Shown here piece by piece: positions 27,217 to 36,238 of a stretch of 64,000 nucleotides of DNA. The stretch's first letter is position 1. Every line of letters starts with the position of its first letter. A program made the translations under genes and the position numbers. Source of the stretch: Nitrospirota bacterium. Lineage in GTDB: Bacteria > Nitrospirota > Thermodesulfovibrionia > Thermodesulfovibrionales > Dissulfurispiraceae. The stretch is from contig JBFMCP010000010.1 of the NCBI GenBank assembly GCA_040754455.1, forward strand, positions 19,540-83,539. The letters are read 5' to 3'. The notes beneath the pieces are model-generated. The model was not told the DNA's origin and did no database searches. It worked only from the letters and a program-made list of their open reading frames with translations.

Positions 27217-28625
27217 ATGAGCAGCAATACTCCCAAAGAGGACAGGCGAGAACAGCGTCGGGACAACGTTGCAGTTGCGCCCGCGGGACGAAAGCGTCTC
27301 AACTGGTACGGCCCGGGCCTCCTCTGGATGGTCTCGTCGGTAGGTTCAGGCTCGGTCCTCTTCACTCCCCGCGTCGGCTCGCGCTACGGATATGAACTCC
27401 TCTGGGCTGTGCTCCTCGTGGCATTTCTGACTTGGGTAATAATACGTGAGATAGGACGCTACACGGTGGTCTCCGGCAGGACAATCCTCGACGGCTACTA
27501 TAGTATCCCCGGACCGAGAAGGTGGGCAGTGTGGCTTATATTTCTCCCGGGGCTCGCGAGCGGAATAGTAGTCGTGGCCGGCATCGCCGCACTGATAGGA
27601 AGCGCCCTTGGAATCATACTCCCGGGCAGACAAGCCTTCTTTTCCGTCAGCATCATTCTCGTCTCGGCAGTGCTGGTGATCAGCGGCAGGTATAATTTCC
27701 CGAAAAGGTGACCACTATCATGGCAGCGGTGCTTATTCTCTCGACCTTCGCTACAGCGCTAGCGGTCTTCCCGGGGTGGAGTCCCTACGTGCGCGGCCTG
27801 GTCCCGGTTCTGCCCGCAGGCTTTGATGCCTACTTCGTGCTCCCCTGGATCGGCTTTCTCTTGGCAGGGGCTGCAGGCATGATGTGGTACTCATATTGGG
27901 TAGCTGCCCGCAGTTATGGAGGGCCGGTATTCGAAGAGGAAAAACCTGAAGAGGAGAAGCTGACAGTGGAAAGCGGCTTTGAGGCTGACAAGCGCTCATG
28001 GCTCCATTCCTGGCTGACGATTATGGGAACCGCAGCGGCTGTCGGTGCAGTCGGGGCAACGCTTGTCAATCTCTCTTTTCTCACTCTTGGTGCCGAACTG
28101 CTCGGACCGTTGCGGATTATACCGGAGGGCATGCGTGTAGCCGAGGATATCGCCCGGATGCTGTCCGATGTCTGGGGCCCGCTCGGAGCATGGATTCTTA
28201 TCGTCGGCATATTCGTAGCACTGTGGGGTTCGATACTGGCAAACCAGGATGGCTGGGGACGCATGTATGCCGATGCAACGCTCATGCTCTTCTCCACGAA
28301 AAGGGGAGGAGAGAGCAAGACAATCCGGCAGGCGGGCATGCGTCTTCACCTCAAGAATGCGTACATCACCTTGGTATTGACTGCGGTTCCCGTCATCGTT
28401 TTTCTCATGCTTCGCGATCCGGTCGGCATTCTCTCCATAGGCGGCATCATCTCCGCCGCACATCTTCCCTTTGTGGTGGCGCTCACGCTCTATCTGAACC
28501 TCCGCAGGCTGCCCCGCGAGTTCGGGCCGGGGCCGCTCTGGACCGCAGCTGCAATGGCTGCCATTTTCTTTTATGCATTCTTCTCCGGATTCTACTTCTA
28601 TAGCCTTCTGTTCCGGCATCGTTAA
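27217..28625 (+). pseudogene. NRAMP-family / APC-like transporter split by a frameshift near 27700
   Basis: GPGLLW..SSVGSG..GSRYGYELLW N-terminus; the second frame continues EKVTTIMAAVL and forms ORF 27708-28625. Confidence 0.75.
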
Positions 28626-29012
28626 CATCATGCCACGATATGATCGGAAAAGTTATAAGCCGCGCATCTTCCATGGAATACCCGGTGAGACTGACGCGAG
28701 GTCGAGCTTGCTTGTGAGCAGGATGCCTGATATCCTTTGTTTAAAGGCAGGAGCGAGGCACTGTGCATCTACATCCGAATTCAACCACTGCTTTCTCCCC
28801 GGGCATCTCTTAAAGAGCGATAAATGCAGCGGCTGCTCTAGCGCACAGACCGTATCAACCACATCCCTGTGAAAGCAGCATATCACTCGCGGACCGGTAC
28901 TGGAACGTGCCGTTTCCACCCATTTCATCTTGCGAAGCGGTACAACGGGGTTGGTGTTCCGTGCTGCCGACGAGGCGTTAACGCAGGTAATGCTCTAATA
29001 AGAGGAGGACCT

Positions 29013-30275
29013 ATGAAAGAGAAGAAAAGGAAGAAAGGGGACGGGACCATCAACGAACAGAGCAAGAACAAGGACCCGGAACAGTTCCGGAAGGAATCCG
29101 AAGGCGAGTATCTTACTACCAATCAGGGGGTGAGAGTCAGCCATACCGATGACTCCCTGAAATCAGGAGGCAGGGGACCGACCCTGATGGAAGACTTCCA
29201 TTTCCGTGAGAAACTCACCCATTTCGACCACGAGCCGATACCCGAGCGGGTCGTTCACGCCCGCGGCTCTGGCGCCCACGGCTACTTCCAGGTCTATGAG
29301 TCCATGGAGGAGTACACCATGGCACGGTTCCTCCACGACCCCTCGAAGAAGACGCCGGTCTTCGTCAGGTTCTCGCAGGTGGTCGGCAACAAAGGCTCCG
29401 CCGACACGGTACGGGATGTTAGGGGGTTCGCTACCAAATTCTATACCGAGGACGGCAACTACGATCTTGTCGGCAACGATATTCCCATCTTCTTCATCCA
29501 GGATGCCATCAAGTTCCCTGATCTCGTTCACGCTATCAAGCCCGAGCCGCACAACCATATGCCGCAGGCCTCCGCGGCCCACGACAACTTCTGGGATTTT
29601 ATTTCTCTCATGCCCGAGTCGATCCACATGATCATGTGGCTCCTCTCCGATAGAGGCATCCCCCGGAGCTACCGCATGATGGAAGGCTTCGGGGTCAACA
29701 CCTTCCGCTTTGTGAATAAAGAGGGCAAGGCCCGCTTCGTGAAGTTCCACTGGAAGCCGAAACTCGGCATGCACTCCCTGGTCTGGGACGAGGCCCAGAA
29801 GATAGCCGGCAAGGACCCGGACTTCCTGCGCCGCGACCTCTGGGAGGCGATCGAGATGGGTGACTACCCCGAGTATCAGTTCGGCGTACAGATGATCGAG
29901 GAGCAGGACGAGTTCAAGTTCGATTTCGATGTCCTCGACCTTACAAAGATATGGCCTGAGGAGGACGTGCCGGTAAGGATTATCGGCAGGATGGTTCTCG
30001 ACAGGAACCCCGATAACTTTTTCGCAGAAACCGAACAGGCCGCCTTTCACCCCGGCAACGTCGTGCCGGGCATCGATGTCTCCAACGACCCGCTCCTGCA
30101 GGGCAGGCTCTTTTCTTATCTCGACACGCAGCTCATCCGGCTGGGCGGCCCGAACTTCCATGAGCTTCCCATCAACCGTCCGCTCGCGGAGGTGCACAAC
30201 AACCAGCGCGACGCCTACCACCGGCAGACGATCAATAAAGGCAGGGTCGACTACTTCCCGAACTCGCTCGGCGGC
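29013..30275 (+). pseudogene. katE: Large-subunit catalase (HPII-like), 3'-truncated
   Basis: [42 protein letters not shown]; similarity ends abruptly after YFPNSLGG. Confidence 0.85.
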
Positions 30276-30435
30276 ATTCAACGTCCCTCTTGCCGAAAAC
30301 CTGACCGTTGAGCTGAGACTCGCCTACAGCTTTCCGTTAAGCGGCGATGCGAAGCGGGCAATAAGGGAGGTAAACGTCGAGAATGAAAGCCCCTATGTCG
30401 TTTACGGCGGCGCTGCACTGACATTCTCCTTTTAA
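30271..30435 (+). pseudogene. C-terminal remnant of an outer-membrane beta-barrel protein gene
   Basis: [25 protein letters not shown]...VVYGGAALTFSF* has alternating beta strands and a terminal Phe; no start codon of its own. Confidence 0.55.
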
Positions 30436-30736
30436 GTCGAACGGAAAAACCGCAAACTGAGGGGTGCCTTCTCCTTCTCAGATACGTAAGTGCAGGGCAT
30501 CCTGACGTGGAACGTTCGATTGAATGAACATATCCCTTGTCGCCTCTTTGGGATGGGACCCCTGAGGTACAAAGACTTTTGGGGGGTGAATGGTGGGAGG
30601 CAAGTAGGGACTGTATGGATGAAAGTCACTGTGTTTAAAAGAGGGGGCGGAGCGCTGTGGAAATTATTGGTGTGCCGGGAGTGCCATCATTACCCTTCAC
30701 TTCCGCATGGCAACAGCATGATACCCGGAACACACT

Positions 30737-31792
30737 ATGGCGGTCACAAAATTTTATACCAGCGTACTGATCGCACTGGCGCTGCTCTTTGGATATTTCA
30801 GCTACCTGGTAGCGCAGCCGTTCCTTTCCTCTCTCGTCTGGGCAGTCGTACTCTCTATTGTGTTTTATCCCCTTTATACAGTGTTGCTCAAATACGTACG
30901 GTGGAAATCGCTCGCTGCAATTATTATTCTTTGTATTATCTTCGTGATCATCGCAGGTCCACTCTCCTATCTCGCCGTTCTCCTGGGGAGAGAGCTGTTA
31001 TCCCTCTCCGCTTATCTGGAGCGCGGTGAAATAACGACGATCGGAGATGTAACACAGCACCCGCTCTTCCAAAAAGCGGTTGATGCAATAACCGACCTCA
31101 CAAATATTTCACAGGAGCGGTTGCTCAGGACAGTCACGAAGAATCTTTCCGCGTTCGGAAGAGAGCTTGCCGTCAGAATTACCAGCGGCGTGGAGCGCAT
31201 TATTTCTGTCATCCTCAATATCATTTTTATGGTAGTGGCTGTCTTCTTCCTGCTGAAAGACGGACCTGATCTTTTTAAAAAGATTCTTGATTCCCTGCCC
31301 TTTGCCGAGGAGCAAAAGGACAAAGTGGTAAAGCGGGTGAAGGATATTACGTTCTCTACCATGCTCGGCGGGGTTGTCATTGCGGTTGTCCAAGGTCTCC
31401 TGGGAGGCATCATCTTTTTAGTGCTGGGATTCTCATCTCCTGCTGTATGGGGCCTTGTCATTGCAGTTGTTTCATTCCTGCCCGGGATCGGTCACTTTGT
31501 GGTGTGGTCGCCAGTGGCTGTATACCTGCTGGTTCAGGGAGAAGTCGCAAAAGGGATCGGCCTTATCGTCGCCGGGATATTAGTCCTGGGGATGGTAGAT
31601 GACTTTGTGAGGCCGTATGTGATCGGCAGCAGGACGAAGATGCCGTTTCCCGTATTGTTTTTCAGTGTCATCGGCGGTATAAAGCAGTTCGGACTTCCGG
31701 GGTTCATCTTAGGACCGATGAGCCTTGTCCTCTTCATATCAGTCATGGAGGTTTTAAGAGGGATTGAGAACGACAGGAGAGCAGAGGAATAG
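30737..31792 (+). CDS. AI-2E family transporter
   Basis: FFLLKDG, SFLPGIG, DDFVRP, FSVIGGIKQFGLPGFILGP. Confidence 0.9.
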   Translation: MAVTKFYTSVLIALALLFGYFSYLVAQPFLSSLVWAVVLSIVFYPLYTVLLKYVRWKSLAAIIILCIIFVIIAGPLSYLAVLLGRELLSLSAYLERGEITTIGDVTQHPLFQKAVDAITDLTNISQERLLRTVTKNLSAFGRELAVRITSGVERIISVILNIIFMVVAVFFLLKDGPDLFKKILDSLPFAEEQKDKVVKRVKDITFSTMLGGVVIAVVQGLLGGIIFLVLGFSSPAVWGLVIAVVSFLPGIGHFVVWSPVAVYLLVQGEVAKGIGLIVAGILVLGMVDDFVRPYVIGSRTKMPFPVLFFSVIGGIKQFGLPGFILGPMSLVLFISVMEVLRGIENDRRAEE

Positions 31793-32080
31793 CAGAAAGA
31801 CGATCACGAAATTTCTGACAATGCAGAAAAGACGCATGAAAAATCGAAGCCATATTTTGCCGTCGTTCCGAACGTTCTCATCAACTCAACATTCTCTCTC
31901 CGAAGCTCATCGATCTCTTTTGCATCGGACGATAGCTCTTCGCTCTTGCCCATGTCGAGGCTGATGACGAGGGTCGCCAGCGTAACAATCACTGGTAGCG
32001 TCAGTCCATAACCGAACCGACGCTTCAGCTCTTATTATTTCTCAATGAGGGTCTGATACCTGTTCCTGTATTGACACTCT

Positions 32081-33313
32081 TTATACCTTCCCCAGCATGA
32101 TCACGAACTTCTGGAGGATCTCCGCATCATAGTCATCAATTTCATCGACGAGTACCGAGAGGGCGTAGAAGGGCGTAAAGGCGGCGCGGTAGGGCCGCTG
32201 GGTGGTGAGGGCGTCGTAGCAATCGGAGATCGCGGTAATCCTGCCGAAGAGCGATATCCGGTCGGCGGTCAGGCCCGAGGGATAGCCTTTTCCCGAGAGC
32301 CGTTCATGGTGCTCCACCACTGCGGCAAGTGATTTGGCGGGAAACTCTTCCTGGGTCGACAGTATCTTTTGCGCTTCCACCACATGAGTCTGCATGATCC
32401 GGTATTCGATGTCGCTCAGCTTTCCCTCTTTATTCAGTATCTCGTGGGGAACGGCGCTTTTCCCTACATCATGCAGGAGCGACCCTATCCCCAGATACTG
32501 CACTTCCTCTTTTTCGAGCCCGACATCTATTCCCAATCCTATGGACAGAACGCCTACATTGACCGAATGCGTATAGGTATAGTAGTCATATTGCTCGATG
32601 GAAAGGAGATTATAAAGCGCATTTCTCCTGTTCAGAATGCAGTCGGTAATAGAACCGACCAGACCGATCGCCTCTTTGATCCTTTCTCCGCTCCGCGGGT
32701 CGTCGATGATGCCTCTCATCACCGCTTTTGATTTCTCTTTGAGCGCGACCTCTCTCATCGTATCGGCGCCAGTGCCTGAGAGTGCCCCTGACCTGAGCAG
32801 GTCATCGACAAATTCGAGGTAAAGGGGGAGATCGGATTTCTTTATCATAATGTCCCCTTCTGCGCGTGTGATCCCTTGATTGATCATTGCCGGGCGGAGC
32901 GCCGTAGCCTCGATGAGGGGAGTAATCGAAATCCCGTTGAGGAGATAGAGGCTGAAGGTGATGCGCTCGCCGGGGATGAGGAGCTTTCGCTCGATCTGGT
33001 GGTGCTCCTCCTTTTTTGTCGAGTAGCGCAGGAATTCGCGGGGGTCGAAGTCGGGAAGGATATCTCCGCTCTCTTTCTTCAGATAGAGGAGCAGCGCAGC
33101 GCTGTGGGCGGCATCAATGTACATTTCCCTGACACCCCTCTTCTGCAGGATCATTTTCGTTGTAGGGGCAAGGAGTGTTCCCCTTTTAAAGAGCGGCTTG
33201 ATGATATTTTCGACCTTGGCGAAGACATCAAAAGGGAGACGTGTTCCGATGATGAGAATGTCGGGGGTTACGACCAGATAGGATTTGCCGTCTTTGCGAA
33301 TTTTGATAATCAT
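32081..33313 (-). CDS. HD-GYP domain phosphodiesterase
   Basis: YTYTHSVNV, LLHDVGK, HHERLSGKGYPSG, DCYDALTTQRPYR. Confidence 0.9.
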   Translation of the reverse strand: MIIKIRKDGKSYLVVTPDILIIGTRLPFDVFAKVENIIKPLFKRGTLLAPTTKMILQKRGVREMYIDAAHSAALLLYLKKESGDILPDFDPREFLRYSTKKEEHHQIERKLLIPGERITFSLYLLNGISITPLIEATALRPAMINQGITRAEGDIMIKKSDLPLYLEFVDDLLRSGALSGTGADTMREVALKEKSKAVMRGIIDDPRSGERIKEAIGLVGSITDCILNRRNALYNLLSIEQYDYYTYTHSVNVGVLSIGLGIDVGLEKEEVQYLGIGSLLHDVGKSAVPHEILNKEGKLSDIEYRIMQTHVVEAQKILSTQEEFPAKSLAAVVEHHERLSGKGYPSGLTADRISLFGRITAISDCYDALTTQRPYRAAFTPFYALSVLVDEIDDYDAEILQKFVIMLGKV

Positions 33314-33648
33314 GCGTGAAAACGTCCTCTGTTACGGATATTCCCTATTTTACCTTATAAAAGAGGAGGCGCGAGCGGGCTTCTTTCCGCGCTCCTCTCC
33401 GCGTGCATGTCATATGATCTTTTCTAGTTATAAACAATGACTTCAATGAGCTGACTTCCAGGCTGGGGATGGTCATGAGGCGTTTGAAAATCCCTGAAAA
33501 AGCTTTCTATAGCGTCATGTTCGCCCGGATCGCATATTGAACATCTCCAGATTATTGTGATATTCTTCTTTTTGTACCTCTTATTATCTTGAACCGCGTG
33601 GAAATCACTATTCAAAGGTTCCTCCGGTCAATCTTCAGAAGGGTGAGT

Positions 33649-34986
33649 ATGGAATTTAAAGCCTGGTTTCAATGTATCAACCAGCAGTGCACGGCACGCT
33701 ATCCGCTGAGCTCAATCATCTACCGCTGCAAGGAGTGCGGCTCGCTGCTTGAGGTGCAGCACGATCACGATGCCCTCATGTGCCGTAAGCCCACCGAATG
33801 GAAAAAGCTGTTCGAGGATCGCTATAAGTCAACCGAATGGCCCTATGGCTCCGGCGTATGGGGCAAGAAGGAATGGGTCCTGCCGAATGTGCACAACGAT
33901 AATGTCGTCTCACTCTATGAGGGCGGCACCAACCTTTTCTGGGCGGAGCGCTTCGGCAAAGTAATCGGCATCGATAATCTCTGGGTCAAGCTCTGCGGCA
34001 ACTCCCATAGCGGTTCGTTCAAGGACCTCGGCATGACGGTGCTCGTCTCGCAGGTCAAGCAGATGATCAGCGAGGGCGCTCCCATCAAGGCAGTGGCGTG
34101 CGCGTCCACCGGCGACACCTCCGCCGCGCTGGCGGTCTACTGTGCTGCCGCGGGCATACAGTCCATCGTGCTCCTGCCGAAAGGCAAGATTTCGACGGCA
34201 CAGCTCATCCAGCCTATTGCCAACGGCTCGCTGGTGCTGTCGCTGAACACCGACTTCGACGGCTGCATGCGCGTGGTGCAGGAGATCACGAAGCGCGAAG
34301 ACATCTATCTGGCAAACTCCATGAACTCCCTGCGCGTCGAGGGACAGAAGACCGTCGGCATCGAGATCGTCCAGCAGTTCGACTGGCAGGTGCCCGATGT
34401 GATCATCATTCCCGGCGGTAATCTCGGGAATGTCTCCGCCCTGGGCAGTGGCCTGCTCATGATGAAAGAGCTGAATCTTATCGATAAACTGCCGCGTATC
34501 GTCGTGGCCCAGGCAGAGCACGCGAACCCGCTCTATCGCTCGTACCTGAAAAACTTCGAGACCTTCGAACCCATACAGGCGCAGAATACACTGGCCAGCG
34601 CCATCCAGATCGGCAATCCTGTGAGTGTCCAGAAAGCTATCCGTACGCTGAAGCAGTTCAACGGCATTGTCATGGACGCTACCGAGCAGGAACTGGCCGA
34701 TGCTGCGGCACTCGGCGATAAATCCGGCATGTTCAACTGCCCGCACACCGGCGTCGCTTTGGCGGCGTTGATCAAACTGATCAAGGCCGGAAAGATCGAC
34801 AAATCCGAGCGCGTGGTGGTCATCTCGACCGCCCACGGCCTGAAGTTCACCGACTTCAAGGTCCGTTATCATGAAGGGACGCTCGACTTCCCTTGCCAGT
34901 ATGCAAACAAGCCCATCGAGCTGCCGCCGAGTGCGGACGCTGTCATGGATGCCCTGAACCAAACCTTACTTAAGGGAGATACATAG
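33649..34986 (+). CDS. thrC: Threonine synthase (plant-like subfamily)
   Basis: WPYGSGVWGKKEWVLP, GSFKDLGM (PLP Lys), CASTGDTSAA, PGGNLGN, STAHGLKF. Confidence 0.93.
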   Translation: MEFKAWFQCINQQCTARYPLSSIIYRCKECGSLLEVQHDHDALMCRKPTEWKKLFEDRYKSTEWPYGSGVWGKKEWVLPNVHNDNVVSLYEGGTNLFWAERFGKVIGIDNLWVKLCGNSHSGSFKDLGMTVLVSQVKQMISEGAPIKAVACASTGDTSAALAVYCAAAGIQSIVLLPKGKISTAQLIQPIANGSLVLSLNTDFDGCMRVVQEITKREDIYLANSMNSLRVEGQKTVGIEIVQQFDWQVPDVIIIPGGNLGNVSALGSGLLMMKELNLIDKLPRIVVAQAEHANPLYRSYLKNFETFEPIQAQNTLASAIQIGNPVSVQKAIRTLKQFNGIVMDATEQELADAAALGDKSGMFNCPHTGVALAALIKLIKAGKIDKSERVVVISTAHGLKFTDFKVRYHEGTLDFPCQYANKPIELPPSADAVMDALNQTLLKGDT

Positions 34987-34989
34987 AGA

Positions 34990-36186
34990 ATGTCAGAATA
35001 TAAAAAGTGGAAACCCGCCACCCTTGCCATACACGGACAGAAGCGTACCCCGAAACCGTACTATGCGGTCTCGACCCCCATTGTCCACACATCGAACTTT
35101 TATTTTGATACTGCCGGCGATGTCTACGATTTCATGAAGGCAAAAGGAGAGGGCCGTGTAGAGCGCGAGCACGAATACGGGCGCTACGGCAACCCGACCC
35201 AGCAGGAGTGCGAGCGCAAGCTGGCGGCCATCGAGGGGGCTGAGCGTGCTGTGCTGTTTTCCACCGGCATGAGCGCGGTGATCCTGACATTGATGACCTA
35301 TATGAAGCCCGACGGTCACATTATCTTCACCAGCGATTGCTACCGCCAGACGCGCGACTTTGCGACGAACATGCTCTCGAAGTTCGGCATACCGGTTTCG
35401 ATCGTGGACCCGAACGCCGATGCTATCGCCAAGGCAGTCAAACCCACTACCAATATCATCTTTACCGAATCCCCTACGAACCCTTATCTGCGCATACTGG
35501 ATCTGCCGGCGATCGTAGAAGTCGCAAAGAAGCACAATGTAATGACCATCATCGATGCCACCCTGGCGACACCGTATAACATAAAACCGCTGGATATGGG
35601 CGTGGATATCGTCATTCACTCCGCCACCAAATATCTCGGCGGCCACAACGACCTCCTTGCAGGCGTCGCCCTCGGCAAGCACAATTTACTGACCGATCTC
35701 TACAAGATGCAACGGATGATCGGGGCTACGCCCGGTCCGCTCACCTGTTTCCTGCTCGAACGCGGTCTGAAGACGTTTGCCATGCGCATGGAGCACCACA
35801 ACCGCGCCGGACTAGCTGTTGCACGCATGCTGGAAGCTCACCCGAAGATCGAGAAAGTGTGGTATCCCGCTCTAGAGTCGCATCCGGACCACAAGATCGC
35901 TATGGAGCAGATGAACGGCTTCGGCAGTGTGATTACGTTTCTGCTCAAAGGCGGGGACAAGGAGACACGGAAATTCATCGACTCGCTGGAGCTGTTCCTG
36001 ATCACTCCCAGCCTCGGAGGCAGCGAGAGCCTGGTGACACAGATGTCGACCATGTCTTTCTTCGATTATCCCGAAGACTATCGTCAGGCGATCGGTATGG
36101 TGGACAACCTTGTCCGCCTTGCGTTGGGACTGGAGGATGTGGACGACCTGATCGCTGACCTTAAGCAGGCATTGGACAAGATCTGA
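34990..36186 (+). CDS. metB: Cystathionine gamma-synthase-like PLP enzyme (plant-like)
   Basis: EYGRYGNPT, DCYRQTR, TESPTNPYL, HSATKYLGGHND, PSLGGSESLV. Confidence 0.8.
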   Translation: MSEYKKWKPATLAIHGQKRTPKPYYAVSTPIVHTSNFYFDTAGDVYDFMKAKGEGRVEREHEYGRYGNPTQQECERKLAAIEGAERAVLFSTGMSAVILTLMTYMKPDGHIIFTSDCYRQTRDFATNMLSKFGIPVSIVDPNADAIAKAVKPTTNIIFTESPTNPYLRILDLPAIVEVAKKHNVMTIIDATLATPYNIKPLDMGVDIVIHSATKYLGGHNDLLAGVALGKHNLLTDLYKMQRMIGATPGPLTCFLLERGLKTFAMRMEHHNRAGLAVARMLEAHPKIEKVWYPALESHPDHKIAMEQMNGFGSVITFLLKGGDKETRKFIDSLELFLITPSLGGSESLVTQMSTMSFFDYPEDYRQAIGMVDNLVRLALGLEDVDDLIADLKQALDKI

Positions 36187-36238
36187 TCCGGCGAACGCTC
36201 AGCATTGTGCAGGCAGGAATGGGTACGTCCTGTCTGAA

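Noticed and set aside
28869..30311. 480-aa ORF as a complete catalase with a long N-terminal extension
   Set aside because: The real start is the ATG at 29013 after AGGAGG, and the 3' end is a deletion junction.
31804..32080. Short minus-strand ORF (62 aa) with an upstream extension broken by two stop codons
   Set aside because: Possibly a gene remnant, but no recognisable family; not supportable.
33314..33648. Possible SAM riboswitch or T-box upstream of thrC-metB; hairpin at 33362-33398
   Set aside because: No SAM-I or T-box consensus recognisable; the lone hairpin has no U-tract or other support.
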